A stretch of DNA of 64,000 nucleotides from Eledone cirrhosa (GCA_964016885.1 OZ024749.1:28396001-28460000), one strand, 5' to 3'. Positions 28,640 to 43,378 are shown, numbered from the stretch's first letter. Numbers and translations: made by a program. Notes: generated by a model not told the origin, from the letters alone.

Positions 28640-30395
28640 GATGTTGTTGTCACTGCTGTTGTTTGTGGTGATGGTGGTGGTGGCAGTGGTGATAGTGATG
28701 GTGGTGGTGATGTTGCTGTTGTTTGTGTTGGTGGAGGTGGTGATGGAGGTGATGGCAGTGATGTTGCTGTTGTTTGTGGTGATGGTGGTGGTGGCAGTGG
28801 TGATGGTGATAGTGATGGTGGTGGTGATGTTGCTGTTGTTTGTGTTGGTGGAGGTGGTGATGGAGGTGGTGGCAGTGATGTTGCTGTTGTTTGTGGTGAT
28901 GGAGGTGGTGGCAGTGATGATGGTGATGGTGGTGGTGATGTTGCTGTTGTTTGTGTTGGTGGAGGTGGTGATGGAGGTGGTGGCAGTGATGTTGCTGTTG
29001 TTTGTGGTGATGGAGGTGGTGGCAGTGATGATGATGGTGGTGATGGTGGTGGTGGCAGTGATGATGGTGATGGTGATGGTGGTGGTGGTGGTGGCAGTGG
29101 TGATGGTGATGGTGATGGTGGTGGTGGCAGTGGTGATGGTGATGGTGGTGGTGGCAGTGATGTTGATGATGGTGATGGTGGTGGTGGCAGTGATGATGGT
29201 GATGGTGATGGTGGCAGTGGTGATGGTGATGGTGATGGTGGTGGTGGCAGTGATGTTGCTGTTGTTTGTGATGATGGTGGTGGTGGCAGTGATGTTGGTG
29301 TTGTTTGTGGTGGTGGTGGTGGTGGCAGTGATGTTGCTGTTGTTTGTGTTGGTGGAGGTGGTGATGGAGGCGGTGGCAGTGATGTTGCTGTTGTTTGTGG
29401 TGGTGGAGGTGGTGGCAGTGATGATGATGATGGTGGAGGTGGTGGCAGTGATGATGATGATGGTGATGGTGGTGGTGGCAGTGATGTTGCTGTTGTTTGT
29501 GATGATGGAGGTGGTGGCAGTGATGTTGCTGTTGTTTGAGGTGGTGGAGGTGGTAGCAGTGATGATGATGATGGTGATGGTGGTGGTGGCAGTGATGTTG
29601 CTGTTGTTTGTGATGATGGAGGTGGTGGCAGTGATGTTGCTGTTGTTTGAGGTGATGGTGGTGGTGGCAGTGATGATGATGGTGGTGGAGGTGGTGGCAG
29701 TGATGATGATGATGGTGATGGTGGCAGTGATGTTGCTGTTGTTTGTGATGATGGAGGTGGTGGCAGTGATGATGATGATGATGGTGGTGGTGGCAGTGAT
29801 GATGGTGATGGAGGTGGTGGCAGTGATGTTGCTGTTGTTTGTGATGATGGAGGTGGTGGCAGTGATGATGGTGATGATGATGGTGGTGGTGGCAGTGATG
29901 TTGCTGTTGTTTATGATGATGGAGGTGGTGGCAGTGATGATGATGATGGAGGTGGTGGCAGTGATGTTGCTGTTGTTTGCGATGATGGAGGTGGTGGCAG
30001 TGATGATGGTGATGATGATGGAGGTGGTGGCAGTGATGATGATGATGGAGGTGGTGGCAGTGATGTTGCTGTTGTTTGTGATGATGGAGGTGGTGGCAGT
30101 GATGATGATGATGGAGGTGGTGGCAGTGATGTTGCTGTTGTTTGTGCTGATGGAGGTGGTGGCAGTGATGATGATGATGGTGATGGTGGCAGTGATGTTG
30201 CTGCTGCTGTTGTTGTTTGCAGCGATCTTAGTGTTGATGGTGGTACTGTTGTTGTTGTTATTTGTGTGATGGCGGTGATGGAGGTGATGGCGGTGATGGC
30301 GGTGATGGCGGTGATGGCAGTGATGGAGGTGGTGGTGGTTATGGTGATGATGTCGAATCTAATGTTGCTGCTGCTGCTGATGATGATGATGGTGT
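28640..30395. repeat. GGT/GAT/GTT trinucleotide-derived minisatellite with recurring unit GGCAGTGATGTTGCTGTTGTTTGTGATGATGGAGGTGGT
   Basis: The recurring unit is visible dozens of times. Confidence 0.9.
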
Positions 30396-30729
30396 TGAAA
30401 TGATTATTATTGAGAGCGACGAGATTGATGAGTCTGAATTGTTCTACTTTGACAACGTTTTTCCTTTACTTTTTAAGTAAGAGGAAAGAAACAGAGAGAA
30501 TACTTTGAAGCCCCTTTCATGCGACGACAGAGTAAGCCAGGGTTTTGTGAGAGGTTTAGCCAGGAATTGGCCTAAGGGATCGTCTCTTCCTATTGGGGAA
30601 CTTTTCCGAATGCGAAAGAAAATATTTGCAGCGTAAAAGCACTCACAATAAGGCTGATGAAAATAAACTTTATCCATCGATCGAATCAATCGAAAAGATC
30701 CCTGACCTCATTCGCTTACCGTGTGGTGT

Positions 30730-30870
30730 GGTGAAATTCGTTAAATTGGACCACGTAAACACTGTTTCCATTGGTCTTTCCAATGCTGATACTATCAAAG
30801 GTGAAATTCGTTAAATTGGACCAAGGAAACACTGTTCCCATTGGTCTTTCCAATGCTGATACTCTCAAGG
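30730..30870. repeat. ~69-bp tandem duplication
   Basis: GGTGAAATTCGTTAAATTGGACCA...GCTGATACT occurs twice. Confidence 0.85.
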
Positions 30871-30929
30871 GTGGAATTCGTCAAATCTGTTTCCATTGTT
30901 TTTTTTTCAATTGCTTATCTTATACTATC

Positions 30930-31071
30930 TACTGGTCGCAACTCCTGGCAGAAAGAGCAACGTGAAATAAAGTGTCTTGCTTAAGGACATAACATATAGC
31001 TAAGTCCGGGCATCAAACTCGCAACTTCACGATTGCGAATCCAATTATCTAACCACTAAACCACGCACCTT
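30930..31071 (-). mobile_element. tRNA-derived SINE head
   Basis: Similar to the head of 56072-56390, with A/B-box-like motifs on the minus strand. Confidence 0.65.
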
Positions 31072-31844
31072 CAACTTAACTTTAAATAAACTTTAACTGA
31101 ATTAAAAATAAACTTTAAACATTTCCAACTCGTTTCAAAATTTACATGAAAAGTTTAAAATGTTTACACGCAATTTAGAATGTTCGCTTAAAACTGCTGC
31201 CTTCCATTGAATCAGATATTTGAAATTTAGTATCAACAAAACAGAACCAACCATCAACAGAACAGCATCAACCATTTCATGAAACAATTAAGTTTTTTGT
31301 TTAATACTGCCATTTATTTAAATGAATATTCAGTTACAAATATCTTTAAACTAAGAGAGGAAACAGAGAAAAGGAGTTTGTTGTTCGTTGATAAAACCTG
31401 TTTAAGTAGACACATTTTTATTTTAAAAAAAACCTGGGTCCGTGAGAGAATTCATTTAAATAAAAGTACTACTTAGTAATGAAAATGTTGGAAACCCCTA
31501 GTGTAGAGTAAACATCGTATTATATACACTACAAGGTGTTAGACTAAACAATGTATCATATACAATATGGGAAACTATATACAATGCAATAGAGTACATT
31601 ATACAATATATTATATACAATATATGGAATGACATTTACTCAATGCTGTGTCTTCGTGTGTCACTACTCGGAGTTTCCTAATATTTAATTTAGCTTCAAC
31701 TATAATTTACTATCGAAATAATTGTAGACAGAACCGTTTCTATATTATTGTGTCTCATTGGTTCAAAGCATTTAGATATATATTGATTACATTATATTTG
31801 GTTATGATTGAAAAAGAGAGAGAGAAAAACCAAGTTGACAGGGA

Positions 31845-32112
31845 TAGATAGATGAATAAATATATAGATAGCTAGATGAATAGCTAACTAGATAGGTGGA
31901 TAGATAGGTAGATAAGTAGATAGATAGATAGGTAGGTAGATAGATGGACAGATAGATATATAAGTAGATAGACAGATAGATATATAAGTAGATAGATGGA
32001 TAGATAGATGGATGGATAGATAGACGGGAGGATAGATAGATATATAAATATTCAGATAGATGGATAGATAAATAGATAGGTATATAAGTAGTAGGTTGAT
32101 GAATAGATAGAT
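31845..32112. repeat. (GATA)n-type microsatellite
   Basis: Seen directly. Confidence 0.93.
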
Positions 32113-32582
32113 ATGTTTCTTTTATTTGCCACCAGGGCATCAAAAGTGGGACAAGTACAATGGGGGGAGTTTACAAAACAAGGAGTCCTCAATAAGGAGG
32201 AGGCAATAACAAAATATAAAAATAAAATAAAGATAGATAGGTAGATGCATAGATAGATGGCCATCCTCAAGGACGAGCCCTGTGCGTTAGACTAGTTCTT
32301 TCAGTAAAATTCCCTCGGAACCATGAGGCAAAACTATCTGATGCATTTCCAAGGTCACGGCATTGAATAATATAATAGAATTTCTTCATCGTTGCAGTCT
32401 TAACAGAAAGCTTTAAAATATTTGGGTAAATAGTTTAGAATAAATTCTAACACGCTAACCTATTTTGGTAAATAGAGTAAAATGAATTCTTATGCATTAA
32501 ACCATTTTTGCTAAAAGGAGTTAACTTATACTCTACCACCACCACCACTTTCTACCTTTGAACTTTCCAGCCTACTCTCGAG

Positions 32583-32618
<36 letters not shown>

Positions 32619-32622
<4 letters not shown>

Positions 32623-32767
32623 GTTTCTACTTTTGGCACAAGGCCAGCAATTATCCCAGTGCATTACTGGTACTTTATTTTATCGACCTCCGTAAGGATG
32701 AAAGGCAAAGTTAACCTCGGCGGGATTTGAACTCAGGTCATAAAGGGCCGTAACTCTTTGCTGCAAA
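32619..32767 (-). mobile_element. SINE family A, partial
   Basis: Reverse complement of the family at 63591-63780. Confidence 0.85.
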
Positions 32768-32787
32768 ATGTGTGTGTGTGTGTGTAC

Positions 32788-33008
32788 TCTCGAAGATCAG
32801 CTGAAAAGTTCATAGGCTGACCAAAATACTCTCATGGAATGACCAAAGGAGATTTATTTGTCAACATAGTCGCTGGAAAGAAATAATGCCGTTATTAATT
32901 AATAAGATTTGAAATTAATGTACGCAAGATTTCACAGCCCTAGCATTACTCCTTTATTGGTCATTCCACTAGAGTATCTTGGTCAGTCTGTAAACTTTTA
33001 AGCCTACC

Positions 33009-33011
<3 letters not shown>
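32788..33011. mobile_element. mariner-type MITE
   Basis: Imperfect TIRs CTGAAAAGTTCATAGGCTGACCAA / TTGGTCAGTCTGTAAACTTTTAAG. Homologous to 53457-53792. Confidence 0.65.
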
Positions 33012-33051
<40 letters not shown>

Positions 33052-33065
33052 GTATGTATGTGTAG

Positions 33066-33132
<67 letters not shown>

Positions 33133-33172
33133 TGTGTGTGCGCGCGCGCGTGTGTGTATACGAGGGTAGTCT

Positions 33173-33478
33173 GAGGTAAACTTTGCCTTTCATCCTTACG
33201 GGGTCGATAAAATAAAGTACCAGTAATGCACTGAGTAATTGGTGGCCTTGTGTCCAAGTAGAAACAATTATATATATATATATAATAGGGCGGTGGATTG
33301 GCAGTATCGGTAGAGGGTCGGACGCCATGCTTTGACACATAGAGTTACGGCCCTTTCCATTCTGAGTTCAAATCCCGCCGAGGTTAACTTTGCCTTTCAT
33401 CCTTACGGGGTCGATAACATAAAGTACCAGTAATGCACTGGGTTATTGCTGGCCTTGTGCCAAAAGTAGAAACAACTA
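33173..33478 (+). mobile_element. SINE family A: partial copy (33173-33270) plus full copy (33289-33478)
   Basis: A box TGGCAGTATCGG, B box GTTCAAATCC, and core GCCTTTCATCCTTACGGGGTCGATAA, which resembles the Nin/Deu domain from memory. Confidence 0.88.
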
Positions 33479-33559
<81 letters not shown>

Positions 33560-33614
33560 CGGCGATGAATTAGTTTTGCGAGGTTTTTTTATATGAAATC
33601 GTGTGTCGAAACAA

Positions 33615-33726
33615 ATATTGTTATACTTGGGGAGGGTCATATTTGTGTAATATTGCCAGTGAGTGTGTTCTGTTATTAATTCTGGCAATATTACACAAAT
33701 ATGACCCTCCCCAAGTATAACAATAT
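33615..33726. mobile_element. minimal PLE 3'-end insertion forming a 45-bp perfect inverted repeat
   Basis: 33657-33723 is identical to 21930-21996. Arms are 33615-33659 and 33682-33726. Confidence 0.85.
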
Positions 33727-35074
33727 ATATATATATATATATATTATATTTTCAAGAATAATTTTTTTTTTCTTCTTTTCTGGTAAAAAAACGTCTCTAG
33801 TTTGAAATTTTTCACTGTCAATTATTCGACATAACAGAGTTAGCCAGAAAAAGCACGCTTGAAATTCGAGCAGCCAAAATGACAAGAAACCCGAGAAGCT
33901 GTGAGTTAGACGCAGCCAAATGGAAGTGATATTATTATTAATAAGAAGTTTGGTAAAAAGGTTCTAAAACATTAGATTCTCTCTTGGGGTTTCAACAATG
34001 ACCTACGATAAAGTTCGGGAGGTGTATGTGTGGGTGGTGGAGAGAGTGTATGTAGGAGTGGAGAGTGTGTGAGTGAGTGTGAGAGAGAGTTAGAGAGAAA
34101 GTGTATATGTGTGTGTGTGGGTGGTAGAGAGAGAGAGAGTTAGAGAGAGAGAGAGAGTTAGAGAGAGAGTTAGAGAGAGAGAGTTAGAGAGAAAGAGTTA
34201 GAGAGAAAGAGTTAGAGAGAAAGAGTTAGAGAGAAAGTGAGTATGTGTGTGTGGGTGGTGGAGAGTGTGAGAGAGAGTTAGAGAGAAAGTGTATGTGTGT
34301 ATGTGTGTGGGTGGGTGTGTTTATGTGTCTGAGTGTATGTGTGAGTATGTGTTTCTGTGTGTATATGAGAATGTGTGTGTGGTGCGTGTGTATGTGTTTC
34401 TGTTTGTATATGAGAATGTGTGTGTGTGTGTATGTGCTTGCTTGGCTATGAGTGTAAGCATGTGTGTGTATGTGTTTCTGTGTGTATATGAGAATGTGTG
34501 TGTCTATGAGTGTATTTTTGTATGTGAATGCATGGCGATGAGTAATTATGTGTGTGTATGTATGTGCGTGTCTATGAATGTACTTGTGTGTGTGTATTTG
34601 TGTGTGTGTGTATATGTATTCGTGTCTGTCTATGAGTGTATTTGTATATGTTTATGTGTGTCTATGAGTGCAGTTGTGTGTATATGTGTGTGTGTTTGTG
34701 TATATGAGAGTCTGTTCGTGTGTTTGCAAGTAAAATCAAAAGTAGTAATCCCAAATGAGCACGCGTGAAAATATTGTATTTAATGTTCTCATATATCTCT
34801 CTTCTTTGTCCTTCTTACCAATCTATGTCAATTATGATACATGGTCGACCCGCATCTCACGCGCTTTTAAAGAAAAAATACAGGTTTTCATCACACGCTG
34901 TCGGAAAATATATTTTTTTGAAAAATGTGAAAAAGCTCTTAACATCATGTTCTACATGAAGCCGCATTTCCTAATATAAAGGAGAAAAACTCTAGCCCCT
35001 AATGCTATCATTAAACCGCATTACCTAATTGTAAGGGAGAAAAACTGTAGCCCTTACCGCTATAATTATACCGC

Positions 35075-35257
35075 ATTGGCAGTATCGGTAGAGGGTCAGA
35101 CACCATGCTTTGCAGCAAAGAGTTACGGCCCTTGCCATTCTGAGTTCAAATCCCGCCGAGGTTAACTTTGCCTTTCATCCTTACGGGGTCGATAAAATAA
35201 AGTACCAGTAATGCACTGGGTAATTGCTGGCCTTGTGCCAAAAGTAAAAACAATTAT
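35075..35257 (+). mobile_element. SINE family A
   Basis: Same A/B boxes and core. Confidence 0.88.
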
Positions 35258-36737
35258 ATAATGTAAGGGGAAAAAACTTTAGCCCTTAATGCTATCAATC
35301 TTTTCCTGAGTTTTTCTCAATCTCCAAAGAACCTGTTGTCATCTAATCCAATCCAGGGCCTTCTCACTCCTGTTGGAGGAACCCCTCCCTGGTTGACCTC
35401 CACCACCTTCTGTTTGGTTTTAGTCATATCAAGGGTGTAACCGTACTACCCAAGTTTAGAAAGTCATATCTTCTCCCCAAATATCGCCGTATATAGGTAC
35501 TATAAAACAGACATGGCTATGTGTTTACGGAGCTTGGTTTACAACCATATGGTTTCGGGTTCACTCCCACTACAAAGTTAATCCAATTTTACTTAAGTAA
35601 TAGTGGGTCAATTTCCTTACTACATCAAGCGTTAAACTAATATATATCTTCATTGTAATGTATCGTTCTTCTTGTGTTCCTTTCTCCTCGTGTGTGTATA
35701 TATATATGATAGGGGTGTATATGAAAGCATATACTATATGCCTTTGCAGCTTTATTCGCGGGGCGCTGCCCAAACACCGCCCCGCCCTAGGTCCAGAGTC
35801 CATCACCCTCTCCCCTTCCCCTCCCTCTCTTCTATAACCCAAGAATCCTTGCCTTTTCCCTCCTTTATGACATTTATAGACCTTTCCTCTACTTCCCCAT
35901 ACAGCCAGATCTTCCTTTCTTTATCCCTTTCTCTTTTCCTCATTACTTAATTTTATTTTTATCTTTCTTTTTCATATTTATGAAATTATGAATGGTTTTT
36001 AAACCAACTTTGTGAATAAATCAATATTATTTACTAAAAATGTACCAGTAAAATAAAGTACCAGTAATTGCTGGCCTTGTGCCTAAAGTAGAAACAATTA
36101 TTTACTAAAAATGTATAATAAATATACGAGACTCTCACTGAATTATTTCAAAGCCGTGATCATGTCACGACTATCTCAGTAGCGGTAAGAATGCCAGATA
36201 ACTGCTTCTGGCTTTTTAGATATAATAGAACAATGAAACAAAACGTACACGAAGATATTGTATATAAACACAAAGTGTTTACATATATTTAAATATGCAG
36301 ACTTTGCTATTAAAAAACCCCATAGATATAAAAGATATTACGGTGCAGCATTCCTCTAGTTATCTACGATATTAGACTGCATGTATGTTTTATTCTATTA
36401 ATTTGTGCAGCACATGTTATCTGTCTCGCCAAATGCTTTCAACATATCACTTCAAGAATTTCTTTGTGAAAATGCTTGTGCTAAATATATTTATATTTAC
36501 AAATAGTTACATAATTATTAATAAGTTATTACAATACACAGGGGAAATAATAATAATAATAATAATAATAAAAAGAATAAAAGGAAGAAGAAGTAGAAGT
36601 AGAAGAAAAGTGATGGATACCACTTAGTAGATTAAAAAGCAAATCTTATCTTAAGCTCCGAGATGAAGCCTGATGGTATGAATAAAAATACCGGTAGTTA
36701 ACATCAACACTGTGCAATAATGAAGATAACATTTAAT

Positions 36738-37795
36738 AATTGTTTCTTATATAGGCACAATGCCAGTAATTTAGGGAGAGGGGAAAGTCGATTATATCGA
36801 CCCCAGTGCGTGACTGGTACTTTGTTTTATCGACCCCGTAAGGATGAAAGGCAAAGTTAACCTCGGCGGGATTAGAACTCAGATCATAAAGGGCCGTAAC
36901 TCTATTCTGCAGAGCCTGGCGTCCGGCCCTCTACCGATACTGCCAATCCCCCGCCCTAAGATAACATTTAATAATAATAATGACGATGATAATAATATCT
37001 ATGACAAAAAACGATGATTAAACTCAGAAGAAACGTTCACTGGCAGACCATTGAGATAAAATTGGACAAGATATGATAATAGTTTATATAGAATACAATG
37101 AATCTATTATAAAGACCGCCAACCCTGCTTAGGAACCTCCAAACCTTCATTAGACAAGCTATGATAAATCTGCTACAAAATAACAAAATGATTTTTAATT
37201 TAGGGATATGGCTAGCAATTTGTAGGAAGAGGCAGGGAGATGTCAATTATATCGACCCCAGTGCGATATTGGTACTTTATTTTATCGACCTCGAAAGTAC
37301 GAGAGGCAAAGTTGACTACAGTGAGATTTGAACTCAGAAAGACAGTTACGAAGCATCTGTCCGACTCTCTAACTACCCTACCACCTCACTAACCTCCTAA
37401 CAAAACTAAGGCCAATAATTTGTAGATTATATCGACATTAGTAGTTTACTGGTACTTTATTTTATCGAACCTCGTAAGGATGAAAGGCAAAACTAACCTC
37501 GGTGGGATTTGAACTCAGAACGTAAAGGGACATAACTATATTCTACAATGCATGTTGTTTGACGCTCTTTCAGTACTGCCAATCCATCGTCCTAATAATA
37601 ATAGTTTCTGATTTAAGCACAAGGCAAACAATTTGTGGGGAGGGGAAAGTCGATTAAATCGACCCCAGTTGCAATACTGTTACTTTATTTTAGCGACCCC
37701 GTAAGGATGAAAGCCAAAGTTGGTTTCAACGGGATTTTAACCCAGAGCAAATGCTACGAAGCCCCTGTCCTACTCTCTAACCACTCTACCACCTC
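36738..37795 (-). mobile_element. cluster of four SINE family A copies (~36738-36956, 37200-37390, 37400-37592, 37600-37795)
   Basis: Repeated CTGGTACTTTATTTTATCGACCCCGTAAGGATGAAAGGCAAAG-like cores. Confidence 0.8.
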
Positions 37796-38454
37796 CACAA
37801 AAAGCTGATATTATATACTAACTTCACCGTAAGAGACTGTACAGACACGGCACGTATAATGCATAAGAAATTGAAAGCAGATACTTTCATTTAAACACTG
37901 CCTTCACATGCAACAAAATACAGTTCATGGTTACAGTTTGTTTTAACACACATAACCATATGATCCCATCTCTTTCCTCCACAACACCATCCACCACCAG
38001 CCACCACTAGTACCCACCCCACCATCACCCACCAACATCCACCCCCAGCCACCACCACCATCACTCACCAACACCACCACTGTCCACCATCCCCACCACC
38101 CACCGTTAGCTACCACCACAACCACCACATCAACATCCACTACCACCCCACCATCACCCACCAGTACCGACTACCCACCTCAACCATCACCACCCATTAA
38201 CACCACCAAATTCCACCACAATCCACCGGGCACAATCAGCCACCTACACCACCACAATCCATCGGGCACCACCAGCCACCTACACCACCACCATCACCCA
38301 CTACCCCAGCCACCACCACTCACCTACCACCATCCACCATTGTATTATTCTGAAAAACGTACTTTTTTCTGTATCACCACAACCAGACTGCTACACTACC
38401 GCCTTAATATCATTGCCTCCATCTTTCGCCGAACAAACAGGGGATATTAGTGTT

Positions 38455-38746
38455 GGACCTCCGTCGGTTGAGACGAAGGTTCCAGCTGCTTGACCAACGG
38501 AACAGCCTGCTCGCGAAATCAACGTGCAAGTGACTGACCATTACACAAATACGAGTACTCTAAACGTAGTTCTCAGGGAAATTCAGCGTAACACAGTATG
38601 TGACAAGGCTGGCCCTTAAAATTACAGATGTAACTTTTTTTTTCCATTTGAGTAAACTTGAGCCAGTACCTGGCTCAAGAACGTGATTCGAACTCACGAC
38701 TTCATGATCAAGAGCCAAACACTAACCATTAAGCTACACATCTCCA
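38455..38746 (-). mobile_element. SINE family B, diverged
   Basis: Homologous to 56072-56390. Confidence 0.75.
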
Positions 38747-39179
38747 CATCTTAAATAAAAATACAACGACGCACGACAATCGTAGCAGCATCTGTTGCCC
38801 AACTAATTACAAATTCACGCATTGGGTTACCGACCACGTATACTAAATCCTAGGGACAGTACTCATAAGGCAGGAGCTTAACCGATACATCGGTCAGAGA
38901 GCTGAGTAACCAAGGTGACAGCCAGTGGATATCTGATGGCCGACTCTAAAAAACCTTAGCCCCCTTGAAATTTGATAATTTACATAGCAGTCTGGTCCCT
39001 GTCCCGCCTACGAAATGTTTCGCTTTAATCCGAGAATGGCGAGTTGACTTCGGCTGGATTCAAACCCAGAACGTAAAATGCCGAAACAAATACCACAAAA
39101 AGTTTTTCCGGATGCTCTACCGATTCTACCAATTCAATGCCGAACAGGGTGTTTTAAAAATGTTGATATTTGATATTTG

Positions 39180-39210
<31 letters not shown>

Positions 39211-39467
39211 TAAAAAAATAATGAATAAAACAATGAAACAGTTCCTTATATTAAACAAAAAAAGTTCATCATTTAACGATCGTTTCTAGGATATATATGT
39301 GTTAGAATATCTTTCCATGATATCCGGACTACATTGAGTTCTTCATACGGATTGGACACTACCGTAAACTCTTGGTAGATTTATCTACATATATATATAT
39401 ATATATATATATCCCAGAAACTAGAATACAAAGTGACTGAGCAGGTTTAATGTGCGAGCGACATAAG

Positions 39468-39710
39468 ATTTCTTCTTCTTTGCCCACTTATTCCTGAGAG
39501 GGTCGTGGAGGCAGAGTTCTCAAACATTCCTTCCAGTAGGTCTTGTTAGAAGCAACCGTCTCCAACTGATCCAGTTGGATCCCTAAGCGATACCGACCAA
39601 GCTCATGCATGATATTCAACCATCTTGCTCGGGGTCTACCCCTGGGTCTCCTGCCGGTTGGTTTTCCCCGTAAAATCTACTCAGTGATTCTTTCCTGGGA
39701 CATTCTAACC
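39468..39710 (-). mobile_element. RTE-type LINE 3' end with (GAA)n tail; part repeated at 40461-40547
   Basis: Minus strand reads RMSQER...KPTGRRPRGRPRARW...W, followed by GAA repeats. Confidence 0.75.
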
Positions 39711-39779
39711 TGTAATATTGGAACTATAGTATCTTATTACAGTGAAATGATTAATATTTTTAGCAAGTCCCTCAAAATT

Positions 39780-40428
39780 CTTAATGGGTTGAATTAAATA
39801 CAATGTGTTTCATTATACATGCCAATCCCCAACTCTCAATCTACAGCCAGCAAATTGCTCAGGTTACGGAGTTTGTATATCTCGGTCACAAACTATCATC
39901 AAACAATAATGGAATGGTTGCTGCGCAGTATCGCATCGCTCTAGGATTGGGCAGCTTTCAACAAGAACAAGGAAGTACTAACATCAAAACGAATTTCCTA
40001 TCATTTGAAGGCTAAGATCTTCGATACTTACATCCTACTTACAGCCACTCCAGAAGCTTTCTACATTCCAGAACCACATCATGAGACTGAGCAAGCGGCT
40101 CAGCGACCATATCTGTATCAGTGAGCTGCTCAACATTACCAGACTTAGACCAATTACATCAATTGTCAAGCCAACAATACTCAAATTATACGACCATATA
40201 AAAAGATCGTGTGAGTAGGTTATGCCTGGAAGGAAGGCTGATTGGTAAGAGAAGCAGAGGCCGGCAGCCAAAACAATGGCTTGATAATGTCACCTTATGG
40301 ACTGGACTTGATCTTTGCTCTTGAAACTCTGCTGCTGGTGATCGAACTTTGTGGAGAAAAATATTTCATGTTGATGCGCAGTCTGCAACAGGCGGAGTTT
40401 AGGGTCAAAGTATATCAAAGTAAGTCAT
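39780..40428 (+). pseudogene. decayed RTE-type LINE 3' fragment
   Basis: QVTEFVYLG...RI, then after a frameshift WAAFNKNKEVL...LKAKIFDTYIL. Confidence 0.75.
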
Positions 40429-40963
40429 TATACATTTGGTAAGTGCGGTGAATTGGCAGAATCTTGCTCGGAGGCTACCCCTGAGTCTCCTGCCGGTTGG
40501 TTTTGCCTGTAAAATCTGTCCAGCGATTCTTTCCTGGGACATTCTAAGGCTCTGATAGCATAGAATTTATTCCTCAAAATCTGTCAACATTATAATACTA
40601 ACTCACTTCTAGATTTTGCAGTTTCTGGAATATTTACATTTCAAATGATATCAAATTTGTTGAAACACCCTATAGTTTGGTCTCCCCTTCCACACCGCAT
40701 TTATATATTTTACCTGTATTTCTTCTGTATCTACAGGTGTTATATATAACAACAGTCATTCTTCATTCTCCCACCCTTTGATTTTGACACCACGGTGCCT
40801 GGGGGGTCATAATTTCCTAATTTTCACCACTCCACCCACTTAATAAAAAAAAGTTTGTTAAGTGTTTATTCTGTGACATACGGCTCGACAAGAATGTTGT
40901 ATTTCCACGTGGAGACAACATGTCAGACCCACTACACAATATCTTTATAAATAGGATGGAATG

Positions 40964-41115
40964 GACCTCCTTCGGTTTCGACGAGGAGTGTTCCAGTTGT
41001 TCGATCAACGAAGTACCTGTACATGAAATTATCGTGTAAACTGGTTAAGTATTCCACAGACACGTGTACCCTGAATGTAATTCTCAGGGAGATTCAAAAG
41101 GATGACCCTTTGAAT
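40964..41115 (-). mobile_element. SINE family B 3' fragment
   Basis: Similar to 56072-56210. Confidence 0.65.
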
Positions 41116-42896
41116 TATTACTACATTCCATCCAACAAGCTTCCAAACAGTTTCTGCCTACCCAATTTCTCTCACAAAGGATAGGTTAACTAGAAGCTAT
41201 GGTAAATGACATTTGTCCAAGATTCTTTATAGTGAGGTCGATCCCGATACCAAATGATTGTGAGGCGAACTCCTTAGCCATTCAGCCAGGCTGGGCACAT
41301 GTTATGATAAAATATAGATAATTAGAACAATATTTTTTAATGGGGAGTTCAGAACTCGTGGGAAAGAGGAGGGGCGTTATCCGTAAATCGGTGTCTTGGT
41401 ACGGATACGTGCAAAAGAAAGGACTCAGTTTGAGCCCAGTAATGGTGTTAAATCGGATGACGGATTAAGCCTATCACCTGATTGTTTAACTCTTGTTACC
41501 ATATTTCTAATATTTCTATAATATCAAATCATTTTGAAAATTATCAAGAATTTGGAGGGCTTTCGTAATATATTAAATTTCTCATTATTAAGTTGGTATA
41601 ACTTAACAAAATGTTACTATATATAATTGTGATGGAAGGTTTTTAGATGAACATAAACACTTTTTTAAAAAGCAGCTTAGTATAGTATCAAATATACAGT
41701 AAAACTAGGATCAACTTCAGGTTGTTTAGTATCAAAGTTACCGTAAAATTAAGGTTAGTTTCAGGTGGTTTAGTATCAAAGACACCGTAAAACAAGGATC
41801 AATTTCATGTGGTTTTGTATCAAAGGAGTTTTAATTGATCAGCTAAAATTGAACCCATACATTGTCGCTCGTCGTTTAAACTATTATTTTTCTCCCAGTT
41901 AAATATCATTCAGTTTACATCTGTTAGTCTTCGTAACGGCTTGACATCAGTAATACGGCATATGTCTACGGTTTCGGTTTACAGTAGCAATAAATATTAA
42001 TAGAAAGACATTTAGGCTTGATCTTTTTTTTTTTGTATTCGTTTAATTTTATTCTTATTTTGTTTACACACACACACAGACATATATATATATATATGTT
42101 CATACATATACACACACACATTTAAGTACTCGTTAAAACAATGAACAGGCAAATCAAAGACGGACAACTGTAAATTATCAAATAATTGTTTCTACTTTAG
42201 GCACAAGGCCAGCAATTATCCAGTGCATTACTGGTACTTTATGAGAATAGAAGTGAACCAGAACTTAATAACAATAACAATAATAATGATGATTGTGATG
42301 ATGATAAAAACAATGATAATAACAATAATGGTTTCTTTATTAACCACACAGAGCTGACATCCAGAAAAATAAACACTAAAAACGGCACAGGATGGCACAA
42401 GACGATACAATGAGGGTTGTTTGCGTTTAACACGTATTTAACAAATCAAGAAACATTACATGCAAAGAAAAAAAATATAATAACTAACAATAATAACATA
42501 AAAAATAATAATAATAAGTGGTATTGCGGAGAGATTGTTTAAACTGACGATCTCGGGGTGAGAAATATTTTACAATTAAAATTAAGGACTCTTGAGAACT
42601 TGTAGACAATCTCCAAGTAGCAGCAACAGAAGAAGAAGATGGAAGAAGAAGAGGTATCAAAAAAGTATCAAGTTAACAGTGACATCATAAGAAACGTCTG
42701 TCTTTAAGACGTTTCTTAACTGTTTCTTATGGGCAGTAACGATAAAGAAGGGGGAGGAGGCGGTTGAGGAGTAGGAGGAGGTGAGAAACAGTGTCTCTCC
42801 TTCGACTAACTTTACTGGTTAAGCTGGCTTGTAGGGCAAGCTGGATCTTACTTGAAACTTTACACCACTAAAACTTTTTCTTGTTAAACACAAATT

Positions 42897-43345
42897 CACA
42901 CACACACACACACACATATACATACACACACACACATATATATATATATATACATACACACACACACACATATATATACATACACACACACATATATACA
43001 TACACACACATATATATACACACACATATATATATATATACATACATACACATATATATATACATACATACACATATATATATATACATACATACACATA
43101 TATATATACATACATACACATATATATATACATACATACACATATATATATACATACATACACATATATATACATACACACATATATATATACATACACA
43201 CACATATATATATACATACACACACATATATATACATACACACACATATATACATACACACACATATATATATACATACACACACATATATATACATACA
43301 CACACGTGTATATATATACACACATATATATACATACACACATAT

Positions 43346-43378
<33 letters not shown>

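Noticed and set aside
28634-30480. Gly/Asp-rich and Val/Met-rich ORFs
   Set aside because: Trinucleotide minisatellite with frames broken by stops and no coding evidence.
30444-30720. Possible host exon on the minus strand (81-aa ORF, GTAAGC donor-like site near 30719)
   Set aside because: No recognisable homology or consistent exon structure. It cannot be excluded without RNA-seq.
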